A DNA stretch of 64,000 nucleotides, taken from NCBI GenBank assembly GCA_035221665.1, contig CM069162.1, positions 23,560,001-23,624,000 of the forward strand, given 5' to 3'. The stretch comes from Okamejei kenojei. Its lineage: Eukaryota. Shown piece by piece: positions 12,607-23,444 of this stretch (within the stretch, counting starts at the first letter, position 1; each line of letters starts with the position of its first letter). Position numbers and translations under genes: made by a program. The notes beneath the pieces were generated by a model that was not told the DNA's origin, did not search any database, and worked only from the letters and a program-made list of their open reading frames with translations.

Positions 12607-13779
12607 TAGCTATGGGCACACGCATGGGCCCCAGCTACGCTTGCCTCTTTGTTGGGTACGTCGAACAATCCTTGTTCTCGGCATACCAGGGCCCCATCCC
12701 CGACCTCTACCTCCGTTACATCGACGACTGCTTTGGTGTCACCTCCTGCACCCACACACAACTGACTGACTTCATTCATTTCACCACCAACTTCCATCCG
12801 GCACTCAAATACACTTGGACCATTTCCGACACTTCCCTACCATTCCTTGACCTCACCATCTCTATTGCAGGTGATACACTCCTGACCGACATCCACTACA
12901 AACCTACTGACTCCCACAGCTACCTGGACTACTCTTCCTCCCACCCTGCTTCCTGTAAGGACTCCATCCCCTATTCCCAATTCCTCCGTCTACGCCGCAT
13001 CTGCTCCCAGGATGAGGTGTTCCACACCAGGTCATCACAAATGGCCTCATTCTTCAGAGAACGGGGATTCCCCTCCCCCACTATTGATGAGGCTCGCACC
13101 AGGTCTCCTCCATACCCCGCAACACTGCCCTCGCTCCCCATTCCCCCCCTCGCAAACAGGGCAGAGTCCCCCTGGTCCTCACCTTTCACCCCACCAGCCG
13201 GCAAATACAACATATAGTCCTCCGCCAGTTTCGCCACCTCCAACGTGACCCCTCCACCCGCCACATCTTCCCATCTCCCCCCCTGTCTGCCTTCCGCAAA
13301 GACCGCTCCCTCCACAACTCCCTTGTCAATTCTTCCCTCCCTCCCACTCTACCCCTTCCCCGGGCACTTTCCCTTGCAACCGCAAGAAATGCAACACTTG
13401 TCCCTTCACCTCCCCCCTCCACTCCTTTCAGGGACCCAAGCAGTCCTTCCAGGTCCGACAGAGGTTCACCTGCACCTCCTCCAACCTCATCTACTGCATC
13501 CGCTGCTCCAGATGCCAGATGATCTATATCGGTGAGACCAAGCGGAGGCTTGGCGATCGTTTCGCCGAACACCTCCGCTCGGTCCGCAATAACCAACCCG
13601 ACCTCCCGGTGGCTCAGCACTTCAACTCCCCCTCCCATTCCACATCCGACCTCTCGGTCCTGGGCCTCCTCCACGGCCAGAGTGAGCAACACCGCAAGCT
13701 GGAGGAACAGCACCTCATATTCCGCTTGGGGAGTCTGCATCCTTTGGGCTTGAATATTGAATTTTCTCAATTCTGTTAA
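12607..13779 (+). pseudogene. PLE reverse transcriptase C-terminal half plus GIY-YIG endonuclease (frameshifted)
   Basis: AMGTRMGPSYA, YLRYIDD, LPFLD, YKPTD and YSQFLRLRRICS RT/thumb motifs; Cys linker CNRKKCNTC; NLIYCIRCSRC-MIYIGETKRRLGDRFAEH...HF...GLN GIY-YIG domain; split across frames. Confidence 0.9.
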
Positions 13780-14013
13780 CCCTTGCTGTCTCCTCCCCTT
13801 CCCACCTCTCCCTCAGCCCTCGGGCCCTGGCATTCCCTCTATCTCTATCTCCCTCCCCCACCCCAGTCACACCAGCTTCTCATTTTCACACCACAAACAG
13901 CTTACAATGGCTTGTTCCCTTTATCACCGATACTTTTTTGCATATCTTTCACTCATTGTTCCTTATCTCTCCACATCACCGTCTATATCTCTCGTTTCCC
14001 TGATCCCTGACCA

Positions 14014-14045
14014 GTCTGAAGAAGGGTCTCGACCCGAAACGTCGC
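14014..14045 (+). ncRNA. Minimal type I hammerhead-ribozyme-like motif in the PLE 3' end
   Basis: CTGAAGA (14016-22), A, GGGT-CTCG-ACCC hairpin, GAAA, CGTC. This gives the core boxes CUGANGA and GAAA, a palindromic ACGT in place of stem III, and a GUC cleavage triplet. Stem I is only about 2 bp. The mirror copy is at 11108-11139 (minus). Confidence 0.65.
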
Positions 14046-16313
14046 CTATCTCCTTCGCTCCTTAGATGCTGCTGCACCCGCTGAGTTTCTCCAGCTTTTT
14101 GTGTACCCTCGATTCTCCAGCATCTGCAGTTCCTTCTTTAAAACTGTGCTATCCTTGTACCTGTTTCTTAAACTATGGGACAGTCCCAGCCTCAACTACC
14201 TCCTCTGGCAGCTTGTTCCATACACCCACCACCCTCTGGGTGAAAAAGTTACCCCTCGGATTGTTATTAAATCTTTTCCCCTTCACCTTGAACCTATGTC
14301 CTCGATTGCCCTACTCTGAATTTGAATGTTGTATTGAAACATCCACCAATATGGCCAGGTAGGTTTGGGAACTCGGTAAGGATCTGCAATATGGAGGGGG
14401 TTCACCTATACCACCGTGTTCAACCTCAGGAAGATTTGGAGAATCATGTCCCCCCATGTCTGAAATGGCCTGACCCACTGGAGGTTAGGCTGCTTTGAGC
14501 CCCCAACCCAGGGAAGATTAACAGACATTCCAGGCTTGCTGTCCCCGATCCAGGGATTTCTGCTGGTAAGTGGATTCATCTGGTTGTCTTGTGACTCAGC
14601 TATGAAGTCTTGCCCTGTGATTAACCTCTTGTCACTCTCTGAGTGCAGAAACTAACAATAGGCTGGTAATGTGCCAGAGAAACACCACACAATATGATTG
14701 AGTTCGAGTGAAAAAGGACCAAAGTGTATTTGGAAAAGGAATTCCAACAATGTAGAGGCGAAACATTGTGAAAGCTGGAATTCTGAAATTAAATTAGAAA
14801 GGGTTTAAAAGTTTCCAATATTTTCTCTCATTTTTCTAAAAATATGTATAATTAAAATGGTAATAGTTGCACGAAGGAGCTCTGACAAGGTCAGAGTTAG
14901 GACATCATGAACCACCATCTCAACTAAATAGCAAAATGAATGTAAAACCCTATTGCAGGAATTCAAAACACGCTGGTTGTGAATGTTGGCTGAAGTGCAA
15001 TGATAAAGAATTGTTCTCTGCAGAGTAAAGCTAAGTACGTTAGAATTACATAGCACCACAGAATGAAACAACACGGGAGGGTGAACCGGCTTAATGCCCC
15101 CATCGCCTTCAAGGTCGGCTGCAGGAAACGCCCACGGGACACAAAGATGGCCGGACGAGGAGAGGGATGCCGGTTTGCGGTAACTACACCTGCGGACCGT
15201 GCAGTGGGCTGACTGGACTTTGAATAACGGCGTCAAAAATGGCGACGTCTGCATGTGTAATATATGCAAAAAGGAATTTCACTCTGCAGTTGCATGTGTG
15301 ACAAATAAAGCACCTTTGAAGCATGTCCGTGTCAGACTTACGTGGTGTTATTTTGTGATCTCCAGGTAACTATTGAATCACTTTTCCCAGTTACTGTTGT
15401 AATGTAGGATCAGGACATGGGATCTATACACAGCAACTGCCCACAGGCAGCATTGTGATGAAACAACAAAGACTAATCATATTGGTTGAACGATAAGCAT
15501 TGGCCTTTTACACTACTAAGGAGTGACATGGGATCAATTACATCCACCAGGTAGGTAGATAGGTAGGGGGTGTTAGATTCCCCGACTGAAAGAACACACC
15601 TCTGATGTGGGCCAAACATAGGCAGCAAAGCCCCACTTCAGTACAACATTGATGCCACGCAGCTGAGAAGTTTCTAAAAGGGTGCACATGAAGATATCAC
15701 AAGAAGATGTTGCCCCCTCTGGTGTGAGGATCCAGCCGCCATTCTCAACCAGGACTCACTGGTGTCTGTGAAAGTCACCGAAGAATGGGTTCTACCCACC
15801 AGTGCAATCGTGCAGAATGAGTGAAACGATTCTGCAGACTGTTGCACCTCATTCACACAGACCGATACAGAAAACAAGTGATATCAGACAAGGACAGTAG
15901 TCAGGTTTCTAATTTACTTTCACCTGTCACACAAATTCAAAATCAAAGTCGATGGTTTTTGAGCTGTGGCAGGCAATTTCAACAAACATTAGTGAGGAAG
16001 TAATGTGTAAAACTGTGTAAAATAGTTAATTGTTAATAATGCTGCAGTGCATCAGTTCAAGAGAGCCATTGAAATAAGGACGAGTGTTATTGTACCTGGG
16101 TCTCTGGAGAATCCGCTCTTCCTGTGTTTACGGCAGCTTTTGTTTCCAAAGTGCTTTTCATTATGTTTCCCTGACAGTAACATCTGTATCCAGGGAGGCA
16201 AACACTAACCAGAGCTCAGAGGTATCCAGGCTGGTTCACCCCGTGTCGTGCTGTTGGAGTGCCATTGTGAAATGCTGCATCGTGGCCCCATCTACAGATG
16301 TTAAAAATACAGC

Positions 16314-16610
16314 AAGTCAAGTCAAGTCACTTTTATTTCTATAGCATATTTAAAAAACAACTCTCGTTGACCAAAGTGCTTTACATTGGTGGAGGTACTA
16401 ACGTTATACAACATTGGTTCATAGATTAAGTACATACGTATAGCCCTCCCTCAGAGGACGTCAAGAAAGGCTTGAGAGTAAAGATGAGTTTAACTCTTTT
16501 TGAGTCGATGGAGGGGGCAGTTCTGATGGGAAGAGGGATGCTGTTCCACAGTCTAGGAGCTGCAACCGCAAAGGCGCGGTCGCCCCTGAGCTTATGCCTA
16601 GACTTAGGAA
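16314..16610 (-). mobile_element. L2-like LINE 3' fragment
   Basis: (caagt)3 tail followed by tttatt; the minus strand encodes a GDRAFAVAAPRLWNSIP-type C-terminal motif. Confidence 0.7.
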
Positions 16611-16809
16611 GCCAATCATTGTGCTAAACATGACAAATAAATACACTGCTTTTCTGCAATCAGTAAATGTATTATTTGATCGTAGGTGCCACAACTGATG
16701 ATTTTGACAATGAGCTACATCATTTTAAGCCCTATGGCTAAATTAAAATCTCCATCCTCTTTGATTTCCATTGGTCACCAGTTCCTGTTACTGACATGCT
16801 GAGCGGGTT

Positions 16810-17079
16810 GGCATGGTGACACAGCGGTAGAGTTGTAGAGCGCTAGAGACCCGGGTTTGATCCTGACCACGGGTACTGTCGGTACGGAGTCTCTATGTTC
16901 TCCCTGTGACCGCATGGATTTACCCCGGTGCTCCGGTTTCCTCCCACCCTCCAAAGACGTACAGGTTTGTAGGTCAATTGGCTTTGGTAAAGATTGTAAA
17001 TTGCCCCTAGTGTGTAGGATAGTGCTCGTGTACAGGGATGGCTGGTTGGCCCGGACTCAATAGGCTGAAGGCCCTGTTT
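16810..17079 (+). mobile_element. tRNA-derived SINE
   Basis: ggcatggtgacacagcggtagag...ccgggtttgatcc head and the same core as the other copies. Confidence 0.82.
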
Positions 17080-17402
17080 AACAAATAACTATTTGCCAGA
17101 TTTGTAATTAGTTCCTCCCAGTGTCAGCTGTGTTTTTGCATTCCAAAACTCTGCAACACTTGGAGATATTTTGGCCTTCAGGATAGACATCGTAATTTGT
17201 ATGTGATTTGGCTTCAACTTGTAAACTATCACGCACTGCTGAGATTTTAAACATCTCTCAGTGGGAGATGTCAGGATGGGGGGGGGGGGGGGGGGGGGTG
17301 ATGTGTGTGTGCGCGGGAGGTGTTTGTGGGCTTAGGAGTGTGTGCGTTTGGGTGAGGTGCTTGTGGGGGGCAGCCAGCAAGAGTGTTGATTATCGTCCAT
17401 GG

Positions 17403-18438
17403 TTTAGTTTTTTAGTTTAGTGATGCAGCACCGGAACAGGCCCTTCGGCCCACCGAGTCCGCACTGACCAGCGATCCCCGCACACTAACGCTATCCTACG
17501 CACACTAGGTACAACTTACACTTAGGGGAGCTCCCCCTCCCATCACCCCACTCACCATCAGTCACATCTGTGGAGTCTTTTAAGTTCCTGGGAACCATCA
17601 TCTCCAAGGACCTTAAGTGGGGGGCTACCATCGACTCCACAGTCAAAAAGGCACAACAGAGGATGTACTTCCTACGGCAGCTGAGGAAGCACAATCTGCC
17701 ACAGGCAATGATGGTCCAATTCTACACGGCCATCGTAGTCTGTTCTCACCTTCTCCATCATGGTCTGGTTTGGCTCAGCCCCAGCACGACACTGGAGGCT
17801 GCAGCGAATCGTCGATCAGCAGAGAAGGTTATTGCTGCAACCTTCCCTCATTGATGAACTGTACACTGCAAAGGCCAGGAAGCGAGCAGCAAGATCATCT
17901 CTGACCCTCTCACCTGGCCACAAACTCTTGAATCACTTCCCTCTGGAAGGCGACTCCGGATTGTCAAAGCTGCCACAGCCAGACATAAAAACAGTTTTTA
18001 TCCACGAGTAGTTGCTCTACTCAACAGCCAAAAATCTGTAGCCTCCCTTTGATCTGGTATTTTGTTGGTTTGCATGCTTGATCAATGGTGTTTTATCATT
18101 AATGTTTTATTATTATTAATGTTTAGTGTTTTCTGAATCATTCGCAACTGTCACTGTATGTCCTGTTGTTACTTGTGGGCAGAGCACCAAGGCAAATTCC
18201 TTGTATGTGAATACTTGGCCAGTAAACTTACTTACTTACTTACTTACTTGTACCAAGCCAATTATTCTACAAACCTGTACATCTTTGGAGTGTGGGAGGA
18301 AACCGAAGATCTTGGAGAAAACCCACGTGGTTGCAGGGAGAACGTACAAACTCCGTACAGGCAGCACCGTAGTCAGGATTGAACCAGGATCTCGGACGCT
18401 GTAAGGCAACAACGGTACAGCTGCGCCACTGTGCTGCC
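17403..18438 (-). mobile_element. tRNA-derived SINE split by a LINE insertion
   Basis: Tail at 17403-17522 and head/core at 18251-18438 are contiguous in the family consensus seen in the other copies. Confidence 0.78.
17523..18250 (+). mobile_element. Rex1/Babar-type LINE 3' fragment inserted in a SINE
   Basis: FKFLGTIISKDLKW...KKAQQRMYFLRQLRK RT C-terminal motif, frameshifts and a 3' (ACTT)n tail. The SINE halves lie at about 17403-17522 and 18251-18438. Confidence 0.8.
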
Positions 18439-19797
18439 CATGTTGCATATTTCTGTTTTCACAACTGACATAGGAGGAGGCCGTAGAGCCTATCGAGCCC
18501 TTCCCAGCTTGCTCTAAGTTTCCTATTATCTATTCCCCCTACATTTCCAACACTTACCCACACTCTGAAGGCAATTTAAAACGGCCAATTGACCCCCAAA
18601 GCACACACATCTTTGGGATGTGAGAGGAAATTGATGAAGTCACATGAGAACATGCAAACTCCACACAGGCAACAGTGGAAGTCAGGATTGCACAAGATTG
18701 GTGACGCAGTGAAGCAGCATCTCTGCTCGCTGCTAATACAAGTGTCCATCTGGGCCACTTTAGTTGGACCAACCATGGTGACATGAAGAAGTGTTTTGAC
18801 CAAAACATCACCCATTCCTTCTCTCCCGAGATGCTTCCTGTCCCACTAGTTACTCCAGCAATTTATGTCTGTCATGGTGACATGAATCTGGAGTTAGGCA
18901 GAGACCCTAACAAGACGTTTGTCCAAAGGTCACTCCGGCAACCAGCTGGGTTCGCAACTGGTTACTTCTACTGATGACTTTTATTTCCAAATTTATCTTC
19001 AACCAAATTTAGTTCCCAAACTGGATTTTAGCTAAGGTTTTTTATCCAGGAATTAACCCACAAATACTGAGCTATTTTTTAATAATCTGAATCTCACCTC
19101 AAGAATTCAAAGTCAGTAAATTTTAATAAATACCTGTTTGGGAATTTTTTGTACTGACTGCCTAGCCTCTTTATTTTCCATTCTCTCATGCACCAAAGTA
19201 GATTATCTGTTTCTCAATGCAGTGAACATATTGCTCATAACAATTCCAAAGAGCAAAAATTCTGTAAACACTGTCATGATTTAAAATGCAATTGAACACC
19301 TCAAATGTCTTTGCAAATGGAAATCTATTGATTTCCAACTCACCTCCAGGTTTGTCTTTCACTCGCGTTTTGACATGCAGAGCTCAAGTCTTCATGTTTC
19401 TTCACCTTTTCATCTCGTCCCACGGCATCCGAAACTTGCTTTTGAAGGTATTTGTTAGCATTGAGCATAACTAAACCACCTCACGCGTCCGAAACCGAGA
19501 TTTCCCCTCATTCCGACAGAGTGAATAACCAGAAACAGTTTCAAGTGAGAGGACAATCATGCATCATGATTAATTTTACAATAGATTTAAGATAAAGAGC
19601 AAAAGAAGCAGTGTGTCATGCAATCATTGTTTAACAGAGTAAACTGATCTGGACTGTGCTGCCAGAAAAGTGGAAGGATTTAATAGTAACTTACTTGAAT
19701 AGTTAAATACTTGAATGGAAAGTGAAAACCACTATTATCGAGCAAGAGCTAGAGATTTTAGGTTAGATAATACATAAACAATGGGCCAAAAGATAGT

Positions 19798-19925
19798 TTT
19801 AAAGAAGGAACTGCAGATGCTGGAGAATCGAGGGTACACAAAAAGCTGGAGAAACTCAGCGGGTGCAGCAGCATCTAAGGAGCGAAGGAGATAGGCGACG
19901 TTTCGGGTCGAGACCCTTCTTCAGA
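19798..19925 (-). mobile_element. 128-bp PLE 3'-end insertion with hammerhead-like motif
   Basis: Essentially identical to 14015-14142; flanked by 12-bp TSD ccaaaagatagt (19786-19797 and 19926-19937). Confidence 0.88.
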
Positions 19926-21221
19926 CCAAAAGATAGTCTTTGATTCTAGCGGGGTGATTTTAAATTAGTTCTCAAGGCATGACACTTTACCAGTGGGAAG
20001 TGAACACAGCGCCAATTTTACAGCTGATCTAGACATGCTAATCTATGGAGCAAATCCATCACTGCACCCAGTGTCACCAGCCTCCTGATGGGCAGATTAG
20101 GCCCCGACTTCTCACTGTGTCACTTGACGGGTATGCAATTTGTGCTGATATGGTATATCACAATGCTATGCAATTTAATTATACCGCTCGCAACTTTGAT
20201 GTTCATATGTTTCAGATGTTATCAGATGTGTAACCTAATCGTGGCGCCAATTAATTGGAGGGAGGAGGGCTTTCTGGGCCAGTGCTAACGACATGTTTTC
20301 TGACAATCATGCCAACTGAAGTCCAGACATGGCCACTCCCAACTAGTGGAACAGGCATCAGCTTCTACCAATGCCACACTACCAGCAGGCTATGTGTATC
20401 GTGGTTTGAAGTCCAAAAGCAAATGAACAACCTCAAACGTCTTTGCAACTGGAATGATATCCAACTCACCTTCAAAGGTGTCTTTCTCTCTTGTTTTGAT
20501 AGGTTGAACTCATGGCACTCTCGTTACATTACCTGCACACAGCATCATTGTAAAGGGGATGATAAAGGGATTTGTGAGTACGTATCGCAGAATATTATAG
20601 ATTGCTTCCTGATGTTACTCGCGAATGATTAAAAAACTTGATCTAGATTCCCCCACACGAGGAAATGATATTGCTTGTCATGCGAGTAAATAAATTATTC
20701 AACAGGTAGGACACACTTGCCATCTCCCTCCTTCTCCCGAGGCACTTAATCAGAAACTTCTTCTGACTGCTTTGGATGATTGAAATCCAGTCCAGGCGAA
20801 TAACTGGTATCATGAGAAACATTCTTTGTCATGCCTTATCTTCTGGAGCAGGCCTGGCTTGAAGGCCAGTCAGTGCTCACCATATCAGCTGGCAACACAT
20901 CTCACAGACACAGTACTCTCTCACAAAACAGATTCTCAACGCAAGCTGACATTTTATACATATCATGTGTTATAGTGGCTGTTGGATTAGTAAAATGTTA
21001 ACAAAGGAATCCCAATGACACTACTGGTTCCTGTATAAAACTAACCGCCATGTAGCTCAAGAACTAGATTAGAAGCGACAACATTAGAAATAACACAACA
21101 GAGCTGTGGATAAACTTTTATCTGTCACACGGTTCAAAATTACATTTCCATTTAACATTTGGGCTGCACTCATTTTGTCTTCCTTCAGCCAGCTTCAGTC
21201 GTACCAATGAATGCTTTTGGA

Positions 21222-21510
21222 GCAGGAGTGGCACAGAGGTAGACTTACTGCCTTACAGCGCCATGGACCCAGGTTCAATTCTGACCACCGGCGCTGTCTG
21301 TATGGAGTTTGCACGTTCTCTTTGTGACCGCGTGGGTTTTCTCCAGGTGCTTCTGGTTTCCTTCCACACTCCAAAGATGTACAGATTTGTAGGTTAATTG
21401 GCTTCTGTAAATTGTCCATAGTGTGTAGGATAGTGCTAGTATACAGGGCGATTGCTGGTCAGCGCAGACTCGGTGGGCCGAACGGCCTGTTTCTGCACTC
21501 TATCTCTAGA
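21222..21510 (+). mobile_element. tRNA-derived SINE
   Basis: gtggcacagaggtagac...ggttcaattctgacc head, core, and tail ending tatctcta. Confidence 0.82.
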
Positions 21511-23444
21511 GTCAGTCAGTCTGCAAGCCCCTGATGAAGTAGCCAAGGTTGAGTTGGCTGCGTCGGACTCTCTTCGAAGTTTACTCACTCTGTGAATGCC
21601 CCTTATTGGTGAGATTATTGTAGCGCCATGCCAAGCCAAATGTTCAGCGCCTCCGTTGTTCCTTGTGTTAGTTAGCAGTTTCGAATGGTCTGTTTTATAG
21701 ATGAGGCAAGGTGAGTTTGTGGTTCCGACTGTCATTTCTGCCGGTGAACTGAATATCCAGCGGCTGGTGGACAACATGCTGAGTTAGCCTCCAATATTTC
21801 ACTGTACATTTTCGCAGCTCTGATACGTCGTCCTGTCCGGGCTTGCTGCAGCCAAAATGGCGGGAAGATGACCAACGTGGCCTGAACCCTGTAGCCTTGA
21901 AATAAGACAATACAATTAAGAAGGAGGAGAATCAAAAAGTGAAATGTCTGATTTAATTACGGCTCCTTTCGACAGCAATGCTGTTCAGTCCGAGTGACCA
22001 AAAAAGTCCAGCACTGTACCTCCACCAATCAGTACCACCTTTTGATTCACTGCTTTATTCAGGTAAAGGTTATAGTAATCCTTCTATTGCTGGGCAGATT
22101 CCAGTGCCCACATTTGTCTTCAATGTTCCAGGTTTTGTCCTTTGCAAAGGTGTAAGAACCAGGTCTGCCATTTTATTTACAGTTGAAGTGAGTGCTTTCC
22201 ACCTTATTTTGGTGGAAAGTTATTTTGTCCATCTTTCATTGCTCCTAGCCACGTTTCTAGGAGTTAGCCTGTTCTGTAGGAGGCCAAGCTAACGATTCAA
22301 CCTCCAAGAACAACAATGTGCTTGAACTACCTTGAGGAGGGAAGCAAACACTTGGGGTGACATCTCGTCTGTAGTTAACTCTTCCAGAGTAAATAATGCC
22401 AGTGGAAGATGAGGCAGTCCCACAGAGGTGGGAGGACCTGGCTGGAAAAGGACATACACTAGTCCTGTGATACTGAATTGCCTACATTGTAGGTAGAGGG
22501 AGGCACAAACGGAAATTAGACAATTACCCATTGAGACAATGACAGAGAGAGACAATAACAAAGTCAGACATTTAACCATATACCTGTGCAGGATCAACTG
22601 TGTGCAGCCAAACGAGTATTTATTTCATTGGCCACAGAAAAGCACGGGACCATGGCTGAGCAGAAACTGAGAGACACTACTGAGGACTAACTACAGCCAT
22701 AAAACTAAATCTGATGGTCAGTCTGTGCTGTGCGGGAAAAAGGTCAACCTGATCATGATCCACAGCCTCTTATGGTAAAAGGGACACATGGTGGTGAGAG
22801 CAGGAGTCGCTTAACAGCCTGCTGACCTTCTTCATCATGGCCCTCTGAAGAAGGCAGAGTTATTAACCTTCCAGGATTGTGCACGTGCCCCCATAAATCA
22901 CCCACCAATTGATGGTACACCGTGATTAACTAGGGAGGTAATAAATAAAATGGATACCTTTCATTTTCCTTGATATCAATTTTCCTCATTAGCTAAAGAT
23001 ATATTGGATCTGGGATACAAAGATATTTGATTGTAGCAACGATGGAGAACAGAACAAACCTCCAGGCACCATCAACTAGAGGTGGAACTCTGGAGCCAGG
23101 TGAGGGGTGAGAGGAGACTGAAGTTACACGCAACTGGGAAAGAGTAATGGGGAAGTTGAGCGCCAGTAAGGAGACATTTCAGGGATGGGGAAGAGCAAAC
23201 AGTAAGATCGGGTGAGGGAAGGGAAAGTCTAGAGAAGGAAAAGGAAGACCAATGACAGGAAAGTGATATCCAGGGAAGAGCAATAATAAAACGAAACAGG
23301 AAAGAAACCAGAATGAAATGGTTTGATAACCAATCCATTGGAGGGCACCTTGGTGCCAAGAGTCAAAAGGTTGTCCAGAGAACGAGAAAGTTAGCAAGTA
23401 TCAAACGATATATATATTCAGAAATAAATTTAACAAACTAACAT

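Larger units (their letters stand above)
11046..14143. mobile_element. Penelope-like retroelement (Neptune-type), 5'-truncated inverted dimer
   Basis: Left arm 11046-12595 (minus) and right arm 12607-14143 (plus) are near-identical reverse complements. TSD ctgtgctatccttg lies at 11032-11045 and 14144-14157. RT and GIY-YIG coding remnants are present in both arms. Confidence 0.92.

Noticed and set aside
11046-14143. Palindrome as a pure assembly artefact
   Set aside because: A 14-bp TSD, unequal arm ends and the same architecture in small copies argue that it is real. The single-base indels between the arms may still be sequencing errors.
15080-15320. CpG-rich patch with an aaatggcg (YY1-like) motif
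   Set aside because: It ends in an aataaa-containing retroposon-like tail, so it is more likely an unclassified repeat than a promoter; I could not assign a family.
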